Assembly: GCA_036391775.1 (NCBI GenBank)
Contig: DASVZE010000195.1
Coordinates: 1 to 24,931 of the forward strand
Direction: 5' to 3'
Source of the DNA: Chloroflexota bacterium
GTDB lineage: Bacteria; Chloroflexota; UBA5177
DNA length: 24,931 nucleotides
Translations under genes and position numbers: made by a program
Notes under the pieces: model-generated
Databases searched by the model: none
What the model saw: the letters and a program-made list of their open reading frames with translations, nothing else
What the model was told of the DNA's origin: nothing
Part shown: positions 7,948-15,793 of the stretch, in pieces
How positions within the stretch are numbered: position 1 is the first letter of the stretch
How the letters are laid out: each line of letters begins with the position of its first letter

Positions 7948-8907
7948 TCACCCAAGGACCTCTTGCCACCACTCGCGGTCCGGGCGGAACGGCTCGGCGG
8001 GCCGGCCGGTCGCGTCAGTGTCGAACCGATAGACGAGACCGGCCGCTGGCTCGGCACGTCGCTGCTCCTCCGTCCAGAACTCAGTTGCCGTGGTGACGTA
8101 GAGGTTGCTCAGATTGTGTCCCGCGAATGCGCAGCACGTAACCTGCCTGGTGGGAACGGTAAGAGTCTGTATCAACGCTCCGTCGGGAGTGTAACGATTG
8201 ACGCGTCCTCCACCGTAGATTGCCACCCAGAGGTCACCGGCCGCGTCCACCGCCAACCCATCCGGCGTGCCCATCTCCTGAGGTACAGTGACCAGCACTC
8301 GTTCCCCACTGATGGTTCCTTGATTGCTATCGAAGTCGAACGCGTAAATCGCGCGCGGACCGCTGTCCACCAGGTACATAGTTAGGCCATCGGGACTCCA
8401 GCCAACTCCGTTTGCAATCGTCAATCCTGTCAACATGACCTGGGCCCGACCCGAACGGTCCAGACGGTAGAGCGCTCCGCCGCCGGCATGGTGGCCGTTT
8501 GCCATCGAGCCGGCCCAGAACCGGCCCTGCGGGTCGCAAGCGGCGTCATTCATGCGGGTTCCGTCCGACGCTACATCGATGATCGGGCGCAGTACTCCAT
8601 CCGGGCTTAAATGAACGAACCCCCGGCCAGCGGCAAGCAGCCACCCGTCGTCACCGGCGACCGGCGTAATCGCGCCGACCGTTCCGGGTACGTCGTATGT
8701 GCATACGGGAATCAGGTCACCGTTGTCGGCGACAAGGTCCCGGTAAACGCGACCGGCCAGAATGTCCACACGCAGCAGCTCTTCGCGGCGGGCATCCCAA
8801 CGCACGCCTTCCCCGAGCATAGTCTGCTCGGACGTGCAGGCCACTGTGTCGAGGTCAACCCGCATCTCCTTCAACCAGACCTCATCGATAAATGGCTCCA
8901 TTGACAA
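7948..8907 (-). CDS. SMP-30/gluconolactonase/LRE family beta-propeller protein
   Basis: LGEGVRWD, RMNDAACDPQGRFWAGSM, IANGVGWSPDG, PDGLAVDAAGDLWVA and VTCCAFAG. The exact start is uncertain (8907, 8901 or further downstream). Confidence 0.95.
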   Translation of the reverse strand: MSMEPFIDEVWLKEMRVDLDTVACTSEQTMLGEGVRWDARREELLRVDILAGRVYRDLVADNGDLIPVCTYDVPGTVGAITPVAGDDGWLLAAGRGFVHLSPDGVLRPIIDVASDGTRMNDAACDPQGRFWAGSMANGHHAGGGALYRLDRSGRAQVMLTGLTIANGVGWSPDGLTMYLVDSGPRAIYAFDFDSNQGTISGERVLVTVPQEMGTPDGLAVDAAGDLWVAIYGGGRVNRYTPDGALIQTLTVPTRQVTCCAFAGHNLSNLYVTTATEFWTEEQRRAEPAAGLVYRFDTDATGRPAEPFRPDREWWQEVLG

Positions 8908-9014
8908 GATTGCCCGGGGTCCACACCCAGCGCGTGTCCCTGAGAGTGCCGCGGTGACAAATAGTCTTTTGTCCCCCCGATCATGTTGCGGGTCCTGGCA
9001 TCAGTATGTTGTGG

Positions 9015-9659
9015 TCACGGCGCCAGGCTGAAAGGAGGATACACATCGGTCACCATTATGAGGGCATACCCGATAACCCGATCTTGCCAGCGGATGACTC
9101 CCTCCACGAAGTCGAACATACCTCTCGGATACACGCCCGTAAACAGAATGGCGAACCAGGCCACGATCACGACCACCACGGCGGCAATTCCCAAAAAGAA
9201 CAGAATAAAGAAGTGAGGGATTGCAAGGAACCATTTGACGAGCGGAAGCCACCGATTGAGGTCGCGGGGGACATCTGGGTAAGGGAAATCGAGCCGCACG
9301 GACTGCTGCTCGTCGGTAGACGGATAATGGTCGTCCATCAATGCCAGGTATACCGTCACTCGGTTGAGAAATCGTAGCAGCTGCAAATTCCAGTCGAACC
9401 ACCAGCGTGGGTACTTCTGACGAAAGACGATCATAAGCAAGGGAGCGAAGATCAACAGGCTCCCTGCCCCAGCTGCCGCCTGTCGAGTCCCATTGCTGGC
9501 CGTCCATGACCACGTCGATCCGGCCACGCTCCCCAGTACCAACAAGATTGGGATGGCCACAAAGATGCGAAAGCCTGTTGTCAACTTATCAAGCGGACGA
9601 TCCGGATATTCCACCGCGAGCTGGACCGGATAGCTCGCAGAACTGACTGACGGATTCAC
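9015..9659 (-). CDS. DUF4389 domain membrane protein
   Basis: Two internal repeats: FRQKYPRWWFDWNLQLLRFLNRVTVY...DHYP and FTGVYPRGMFDFVEGVIRWQDRVIGY...DVYPPF. GTG start with RBS AGGAGAG. Confidence 0.9.
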   Translation of the reverse strand: MNPSVSSASYPVQLAVEYPDRPLDKLTTGFRIFVAIPILLVLGSVAGSTWSWTASNGTRQAAAGAGSLLIFAPLLMIVFRQKYPRWWFDWNLQLLRFLNRVTVYLALMDDHYPSTDEQQSVRLDFPYPDVPRDLNRWLPLVKWFLAIPHFFILFFLGIAAVVVVIVAWFAILFTGVYPRGMFDFVEGVIRWQDRVIGYALIMVTDVYPPFSLAP

Positions 9660-9708
9660 GGCTCTCTCCTTTTGAATGGCGCCCTACATGCGTCTGTGGC
9701 AATCCCCA

Positions 9709-9736
9709 GGCGGCTGCACCACAGTATGCAGCCGCC
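9709..9736. other. Perfect 10-bp inverted repeat in a divergent intergenic region
   Basis: GGCGGCTGCA-ccacagta-TGCAGCCGCC, with no U-tract on either strand. Confidence 0.7.
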
Positions 9737-9853
9737 CATATGTGGTCAGCCACTCTGGACTGTGCAATGATCTGGATACCGCGCTATATGTGCATTCGGC
9801 CCCTAGGTCTTTCGTTCTCGTATCTACGGAGAAGAGTACGGCGTGGTCGCGGG

Positions 9854-9887
9854 TTTTAATCTGCTTTTAATGTCAACTTGTCATACT
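9854..9887 (+). promoter_or_regulatory. Putative htrA promoter: tandem TTTTAAT repeats plus an extended -10
   Basis: TTTTAAT at 9854-9860 and 9865-9871 (11-bp period), and TGTCATACT (TGnCATACT) at 9879-9887. Confidence 0.5.
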
Positions 9888-9922
9888 CGATGCGATCAAT
9901 CGCGCTTTCAGTGAGGATGGAA

Positions 9923-11062
9923 ATGCAAAGTAGATCAGGCATTGGATTGCCTGTTTTGTTCTTGGTCGTGCTCTTGGGAGCGGGCTTCGGCGCCGCCGGC
10001 GGCTATATCGCCGGAAACGCTGCAAAGCCCAAGACCACCCAGATAGTCAAGGAGGTTCAGAGTACGGGGAACCCGGTCGATATTTCGCAGAACTCGGCCG
10101 CTCCCCTCTCGTGGACCGCTGTCGCGCAGCGAGACGGACCGTCAGTTGTCACAATCGTCAATCAGCAGCTGGCACAGCAAGATCTGTTCGGAAACACGGT
10201 CCCCGGCGCCACCGCGGAGGGAAGCGGGTTCGTCGTCAATACCAGGGGCGACATCGTCACCAACAACCACGTCATTGAAAATTCTCAGTCGCTAACAGTG
10301 GTGTTTGCGGACGGGCGCAAGGTACCAGCGCATCTGGTACGTGCCGATACCTCGACTGACCTGGCCGTCGTCAAAGTAAATTCGTCCGTGCCGGCACCCT
10401 TGCATTTCGCCGATAGTACTCAGATTCAACCGGGAGAACCGGTACTCGCTATCGGAAGCGCTCTTGGCGAATTCCGCAACACCGTAACGGCAGGAGTGAT
10501 CAGTGCGACCGGAAGAACCATCTCCGAGCCGAACGGAGTGTCGCTTTCGGGAATGATTCAGACGGATGCGGCGATCAATCAAGGCAATAGCGGCGGACCG
10601 TTGATTGACGAGCACGGACGCGTGGTTGGTGTCAATACTGCCATCGCCGGGCGTGCTACGACTTCGGACATCTTTGGAAACAACAGCCAGCAGGCGGTTG
10701 CCGAAGGTCTCGGCTTCGCCATCCCCAGCAACACTGTGTCAAACGTGGCCGGTCACCTGATGCAAAACAAGCCAACCGCGTTCCTGGGCGTGACCTACCA
10801 CGAAATCAGCAAACAGGACTCCTCGTACTACAACCTGCCCGTTGGTGCATACATCAATACGGTGGCTCCCAGCTCGCCCGCGGCCAGGGCAGGACTGAGG
10901 GCGCGTGACGTCATCACCAAGATCGGCGACAAAAGCCTGGCCGACACATACCAGCTCGAGCAGCTCATCTCGCAGCACAACCCCGGCCAGACGGTCACAC
11001 TCACGATCTGGCGCAATGGCAAGAGTCAAACTGTTAAGGTCAAGCTTGGCGCGAAGCCCTAA
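9923..11062 (+). CDS. htrA: HtrA/DegP-family serine protease, membrane-anchored, with one PDZ domain
   Basis: N-terminal TM helix. Triad at TNNHV, DLAVVK and AAINQGNSGGPL; PDZ segment AFLGVTY...GLRARDVITKI. Start ATG at 9923 behind GAGGA (the ORF track gives 9878). Confidence 0.96.
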   Translation: MQSRSGIGLPVLFLVVLLGAGFGAAGGYIAGNAAKPKTTQIVKEVQSTGNPVDISQNSAAPLSWTAVAQRDGPSVVTIVNQQLAQQDLFGNTVPGATAEGSGFVVNTRGDIVTNNHVIENSQSLTVVFADGRKVPAHLVRADTSTDLAVVKVNSSVPAPLHFADSTQIQPGEPVLAIGSALGEFRNTVTAGVISATGRTISEPNGVSLSGMIQTDAAINQGNSGGPLIDEHGRVVGVNTAIAGRATTSDIFGNNSQQAVAEGLGFAIPSNTVSNVAGHLMQNKPTAFLGVTYHEISKQDSSYYNLPVGAYINTVAPSSPAARAGLRARDVITKIGDKSLADTYQLEQLISQHNPGQTVTLTIWRNGKSQTVKVKLGAKP

Positions 11063-11079
11063 GAAAGTACCGTGAGATC

Positions 11080-11112
11080 GGCCCCCCTCATGTGAGGGGG
11101 GCCTTTATTCTT
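11080..11112 (+). terminator. Rho-independent terminator after htrA
   Basis: Stem GGCCCCCCTC-ATGT-GAGGGGGGCC followed by TTTATTCTTT. Confidence 0.88.
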
Positions 11113-11150
11113 TGAGAGATGATTGCCGGCTTCCGGAGTCCCGGCCGACT

Positions 11151-11570
11151 TTAACCTTGTGGAGCCGACCAGCGAACTAGCGGCAGCGTACGAGTCGACA
11201 GCGGGATTTTGGCGGTCCGACGAATCGTGAAGACTGGATTTCCGGGCGCAGGCCCAAAGCGAGTCTGGACAACCCCCCGACCTGCCAGGTACGAGACGAT
11301 GCCGCTCTTCCCGGTCGGGAGAAGTGCTCCACCGGTGAACTGGCCGCTCGATGTCTGCTTGAGCTGTACCAAGCCAAAGCGACCTTCAACCGGTCCATAT
11401 GCGGCCCAGAAAGTCATGGTAGCGGGAACCGTGCCGGAAACATGCAGGCGAAACGAAACTGTCCCGATAGCCGACGTCCGCGTCGAACTTGTGGCGGCCG
11501 CCACCGTCCCTTCCTCGAGGACCGAGGCCCCGAGAATTGTAAGGAAAAGAATCACTCGAACTCGCTGCAT
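11151..11570 (-). CDS. Secreted hypothetical protein (139 aa), probably a single beta-sandwich domain
   Basis: ATG at 11570 behind GGGAGG, a signal peptide (MQRVRVILFLTILGASV...), and alternating beta-strand patterns (VSFRLHVSG, TFWAAYGP, IVSYLAG). Confidence 0.75.
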   Translation of the reverse strand: MQRVRVILFLTILGASVLEEGTVAAATSSTRTSAIGTVSFRLHVSGTVPATMTFWAAYGPVEGRFGLVQLKQTSSGQFTGGALLPTGKSGIVSYLAGRGVVQTRFGPAPGNPVFTIRRTAKIPLSTRTLPLVRWSAPQG

Positions 11571-11727
11571 GGTATCGTGCCCTCCCACACGGGGGAATGT
11601 CAATGCAAGTTATGGGCCACGACAGTGCTCACATGATCTCGTGCATGGCATGCATCATGCAGTCTTCCATCGCACCGGACACTGCGGTGCTCCGGTCGCA
11701 GATGCTCCAGGTTGGAGGATGTACCGG

Positions 11728-12009
11728 ATGGCAACCGTACGGCGCCAGGGAAAACAAGCCAGCGATCGCCGGGAGCTTGTGAAGCAGTACATGCACTTGC
11801 AGAGAGAACTCATCGAGGGCGATCCCGCGGAATCGTCATACCAGGGCACCATCCATGCCTTTCGTCAGATGGGGTATATGCTCATCTCGTATGGCATGGA
11901 GTCGGATCTCGACCGCTTGCTCCGGATTCGGGTCATCGAAGGTGGGAAATCCAGGCGCGAGCCGGATCAAGAGTCACCCGAGCGTCCAACGCTGCGCATC
12001 GTTCACTGA
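11728..12009 (+). CDS. Small hypothetical protein (93 aa)
   Basis: GGAGG at 11714-11718, 9 nt before ATG 11728. This is the 3' end of track ORF 11209..12009, whose 5' part is only the antisense shadow of the 11151 gene. The core looks helical and the tail is charged. Confidence 0.75.
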   Translation: MATVRRQGKQASDRRELVKQYMHLQRELIEGDPAESSYQGTIHAFRQMGYMLISYGMESDLDRLLRIRVIEGGKSRREPDQESPERPTLRIVH

Positions 12010-12039
12010 GCCGGATCGACGCGCAACTATCACGCTTAC

Positions 12040-13065
12040 TTAACAGTTGCGCGCGTGTGAGACGGCTTCGATCGTTCTATTCCTGCAAGCCATAGCCTTT
12101 AGTTCCCGGCCAGTCCACGAGCCAAGTGGGACGACCCGTGCTCCCGGCGCTGGACTGGGAACCGGAGTGGGCTGTTGTGGCGCTTGAAACGTGGCTTCAC
12201 CGTAGTCGTAGGGCGTTGCAATGTAGTACGTACCAGACTGGAGTCGTTGCAGGATCAGTGGCATGTCGAGAGCCCCGGCCGGCGACGTGGGACCAACCAA
12301 GAATTCACCTTCCGGCTGGTTCGCGCTGTTCTCGTATAGACCCCAGATATATCGCTGCGCCGGATAGTTTCGAAACTGCAATGGCAAGAGCCCACCAAAA
12401 AGAACAGGACTACTCGCCGTCAGTGCAGAGCTGACGGGGTGCTCACGAACCGCAAAGTCGGTCGACAGGTTTTGCGCCGGCGCAAGAATCTTATAGTACC
12501 CGGCCGAGAAAAACGGAAAGCCGAACTGCTGCGGCCAGGCATAAACGGAAAATGACCCGCCGGCGTCGGTCGGCGCCCAAAGCGCCCTCTCGCCACCGGC
12601 TCCGGTCAGCATAAGCGTCAGACCAATCGTTTGGTTGGGCGGGAATCCCACACCGACAAAGTCGAAAGCTGAGGTTGGAGACGGCAGATTGGGCTCCGCG
12701 AGAAGGTGCGGACTACCATCGGATACCCCGAACGTGGCACTGTAGCTCCGGCCATCGGCCAGTCCAATCACCCATCGATATAAACCGATCTGCCAGCCTG
12801 TTTGGGGTGGCTGCAGAGTGTCGGCCACTGAGCCCCTGGAGTCGATTATTACGTGGTTGACCGCTTGCTGGCCGTCTGGAGCAAACAGCGCGGTGGTCGC
12901 CGGTATGTTTGCAGGTAAGCCACGGGCTTGCACTGTGTGTTCGCTAGTAGGTGAGCCGGCCGGCGGGCTCAGTGTGACTGAAGGCTCCTCCCCCGCCTCC
13001 GAGATCGCCGAGCGCGGCGCCAGGACGAAGAGCATGAATGCCGAGCAAAGGATGAGGTAACGCAT
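12040..13065 (-). CDS. Secreted hypothetical protein with about three Ig-like repeats
   Basis: Signal peptide. Repeating units of roughly 90 aa with G(F/L/Y)P...(D/S)..G...G.Y patterns (RGLPAN/DSRGS/GLY; GFPPN/DAGGS/GYY; NYPAQ/SPAGA/GTY). Confidence 0.75.
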   Translation of the reverse strand: MRYLILCSAFMLFVLAPRSAISEAGEEPSVTLSPPAGSPTSEHTVQARGLPANIPATTALFAPDGQQAVNHVIIDSRGSVADTLQPPQTGWQIGLYRWVIGLADGRSYSATFGVSDGSPHLLAEPNLPSPTSAFDFVGVGFPPNQTIGLTLMLTGAGGERALWAPTDAGGSFSVYAWPQQFGFPFFSAGYYKILAPAQNLSTDFAVREHPVSSALTASSPVLFGGLLPLQFRNYPAQRYIWGLYENSANQPEGEFLVGPTSPAGALDMPLILQRLQSGTYYIATPYDYGEATFQAPQQPTPVPSPAPGARVVPLGSWTGRELKAMACRNRTIEAVSHARNC

Positions 13066-13224
13066 GAACCCTTCCCAAATGACATATAGGTCTGCCGGGG
13101 TATGCGAGTCGGAAGGCGTTTGCCCAGGTTGCCCGACACGCCATTGATAAACGTAGCAAAGTGACCCGGTGTAACCGAGTCTTACTGACCAAACGGCTTC
13201 AGCAAGCCCTTTTGGCTGCTACGA

Positions 13225-13233
13225 TGGCATAAT
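13225..13233 (+). promoter_or_regulatory. Putative extended -10 promoter of the ligase operon
   Basis: TGGCATAAT (TGnCATAAT) at 13225-13233, 15 nt before ATG 13249. Confidence 0.5.
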
Positions 13234-13248
13234 TGGTGAACGGAAGGG

Positions 13249-14652
13249 ATGCCATCCACCATGGAGCGCGGCAGAACCGCAGCAAGTACCTTGGTTGGCG
13301 GTGCAAGTCGCGAAGCGGAGCTTGCTGCCTCATATCACCGCGTACTACAGGACGATACAGATCTGGCGGAGCGCTGTTTTGCGCAGCTCATTGAGGCACA
13401 CGAGGAAGGCAGACTGCTGTTCCAGGGTCGCCTTCTCTGCAGCGTCTTGCGCCCCAGGTTCTTGCCTGCCGGCACGGTGAAAGAGCTGGAAAGCGTCAGT
13501 AGCACACTCGCGGAGATCCTGGAGCGCTACGGGGAAGAACTCCTCAAGTCGGAGGAAGGACTCGACCTTATCCATGCATCCGAGAACGAACGAGAGATAT
13601 GGTCGATCGATCCCGGCTACCAGGGCTTCACCCTGACGTCTCGCCTGGACTCATTCTTGTTCGGGGATCAACTTCGATTTGTCGAATATAACGCGGAGAG
13701 TCCCGCAGGCATCGGATACTGTGATCGGCTCACCGATGTCTTCGAGACAATGCCGTCAATGCAGCAATGGTCGCAAGATTACGGTGTCGATCGCTTTCAT
13801 GCCCGGCGCCATCTACTGGAAGCAATTCTCTGGGCCTACCACGAGTGGGGCGGAAGCGATACCCCGCGTATTGCCATTATCGACTGGGACCACGTCGCCA
13901 CTCACCGCGATTTCGAGCTGTGCGCCGAGTATTTCCGGGGTCGGGGTTTTCCCACCGTACTGACCGATCCCCGCCACCTTGAATACCGCAACGGACACCT
14001 ATGGTGTGGTAATGAAGAGGTGCGCCTGGTGTATCGCAGAGTTCTCCTTCACGAGCTTCTGGACAAGCGAGCGGAAGCATCCGGTCTGCTTGACGCTTAT
14101 CGGGATGGAGCGGTCTGCATGGTGAACTCCCCGCGCTCGAAAATATTGCATAAGAAAACCGTCTTCGCGTTACTCAGCGAGCGCTTGCTGGATGTCCCTC
14201 TCTCTGAAAGTGAAGAAAAGCTCGTCGACAACGTGGTCCCGTGGACACGCGTCGTCCGGTCTGGAACGACGACTTACGGGGACGCTCGCGTCGACTGTCT
14301 TCGCTTCATTCTCGGCGCGCGCGATCGCATGGTTCTCAAGCCGGTTGATGATTACGGGGGACGGGGGGTGGTACTGGGTTGGGAAACCGATCCGGCAGAG
14401 TGGGAGCAAGCTGTGGAAGAGGCAGCCGAAAAGCACTTTGTGGTCCAGGAGCGGGTTCCTATTCCCGAGGCCGAGTTTCCCACATGGCAAGAAAACGATG
14501 TCGACCTGGTCTCTATGCTGGTAGATACAGATCCGTTGCTGTTCCGGAGGCGCGCGGGCAGTATCTTGACACGCATCTCGAGCAGCGCGTTGCTCAACGT
14601 CTCCGCGGGGAGCGGAAGCACCACGCCAACCTTCATGGTCCAGGAGGCATAG
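13249..14652 (+). CDS. Circularly permuted ATP-grasp amidoligase (glutathionylspermidine synthase-like)
   Basis: SRLDSF...FVEYNAESPAG corresponds to the R-x-D and E-x-N metal/ATP motifs of Gsp synthase-type ligases. Also LHKKTVFALLS, VLKPVDDYGGRGVVLG and FVVQERV. Confidence 0.85.
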   Translation: MPSTMERGRTAASTLVGGASREAELAASYHRVLQDDTDLAERCFAQLIEAHEEGRLLFQGRLLCSVLRPRFLPAGTVKELESVSSTLAEILERYGEELLKSEEGLDLIHASENEREIWSIDPGYQGFTLTSRLDSFLFGDQLRFVEYNAESPAGIGYCDRLTDVFETMPSMQQWSQDYGVDRFHARRHLLEAILWAYHEWGGSDTPRIAIIDWDHVATHRDFELCAEYFRGRGFPTVLTDPRHLEYRNGHLWCGNEEVRLVYRRVLLHELLDKRAEASGLLDAYRDGAVCMVNSPRSKILHKKTVFALLSERLLDVPLSESEEKLVDNVVPWTRVVRSGTTTYGDARVDCLRFILGARDRMVLKPVDDYGGRGVVLGWETDPAEWEQAVEEAAEKHFVVQERVPIPEAEFPTWQENDVDLVSMLVDTDPLLFRRRAGSILTRISSSALLNVSAGSGSTTPTFMVQEA

Positions 14653-14653
14653 A

Positions 14654-15781
14654 GTGCAAACAGAATTCACTATCGGCATTGAAGAAGAATTTCAGATTAT
14701 CGATCCCGAGACCCGTAATCTCCGTTCGTCTATCACAGAGATGCTGGCAAGCGGGGAGCCCATCATGGGAGAGCAGATCAAAAAAGAAATGTTCCAGGCA
14801 ATGGTGGAAGTGGGTACTCACGTCTGCCGGGATGTCGTTGAGGCTCGACGGCAGGTCATCTCGTTGAGACGGCAAATCTCCGGTCTGGCTGAAGGAATAG
14901 GTGCCACAATCGTCGCGGCAGGAGCTCACCCATTTGCCGATTGGCAAGAAATGGAGATCACCGAAGACACCCGGTATACCAGCTTGACCAAAGACCTGCA
15001 GGAGATCGCGCGCTCGATCGCGGTCTATGGCATGCACGTCCATGTCGGCATAGAAGATCGCGATCACGCTGTGGAGATCATGAATGAGGCACGATACTTC
15101 CTGCCTCACATCCTCGCTCTCTCCACTAACTCCCCCTTCTGGCGCGGCCGGGACACCGGGCTGAAGTCGTATCGATCCGTCGTGTGGGGCCGCATGCCTC
15201 GCTCCGGTATTCCGGATACGTTTCTGTCCTGGGACGACTACACGCACTTCGTCAATACGCTCTTACGCACCAATTCGATCGACGAGCCAAAAAAGATCTG
15301 GTGGGATATTCGGCCGCACCCGCGTTTCAACACGCTCGAATTTCGGGTTTGCGACATGCAAACTCGGGTGGACGACGCCATATGTATTGCCGCTCTCTTC
15401 CAGGCTGTCGTGGCCAAGCTGTACAAGCTCCGCCGGCTAAACCTCGGTTTTCGGATTTACCAGCGCGCATTGATCTCAGAAAATCGCTGGCGCGCCATTC
15501 GGTACGGCCTCGACGGCGATCTTATCGACTTCGGCAAAGTCAAAGAAGTTCCGATGCGCCAGCTAGCAGTTGAGCTTCTTGAGTTTGTCGACGATGTGAT
15601 CGACGACCTTGGCAGCCGTCAGGCGTTGCAGCACTTATACGTCATTCTGGAGGAAGGCACCGGCGCCGACCGGCAGCTTGCCGAATATGCTCAGCATCAG
15701 GATCTTGTAAAAGTGGTCGATTTCTTATCGGCCGAGACCCTCAGAGACGTGAAGATGTCCGAAACACAAGCCGCACTCTAA
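14654..15781 (+). CDS. Carboxylate-amine ligase, GCS2/YbdK family (glutamate--cysteine ligase 2-like)
   Basis: FTIGIEEEFQIID, EMFQAMVEVGT, GAHPF, GMHVHVG, NSPFWRGRDTG, WWDIRPHP, TLEFRVCD and ENRWRAIRYG. GTG start with AGGAGG inside the end of the upstream gene. Confidence 0.96.
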   Translation: MQTEFTIGIEEEFQIIDPETRNLRSSITEMLASGEPIMGEQIKKEMFQAMVEVGTHVCRDVVEARRQVISLRRQISGLAEGIGATIVAAGAHPFADWQEMEITEDTRYTSLTKDLQEIARSIAVYGMHVHVGIEDRDHAVEIMNEARYFLPHILALSTNSPFWRGRDTGLKSYRSVVWGRMPRSGIPDTFLSWDDYTHFVNTLLRTNSIDEPKKIWWDIRPHPRFNTLEFRVCDMQTRVDDAICIAALFQAVVAKLYKLRRLNLGFRIYQRALISENRWRAIRYGLDGDLIDFGKVKEVPMRQLAVELLEFVDDVIDDLGSRQALQHLYVILEEGTGADRQLAEYAQHQDLVKVVDFLSAETLRDVKMSETQAAL

Positions 15782-15793
15782 AGGAGAGTACCA

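Noticed and set aside
7456-8385. 309-aa plus-strand ORF, and 7641..8057 on the minus strand
   Set aside because: Both run across the tRNA, and the 309-aa ORF is also antisense to the SMP-30 gene. Both have Arg/Pro-rich shadow composition.
11209-11727. 5' two-thirds of the 266-aa ORF 11209..12009
   Set aside because: It is antisense to the secreted 139-aa gene. Only the part from ATG 11728 has an RBS and protein-like sequence.
14633-15247. Long antisense ORFs within the ligase operon and gcvT (for example 14633..15247, 14170..14679, 1267..1863)
   Set aside because: These are typical antisense shadows of GC-rich coding sequence, with no RBS or motifs.
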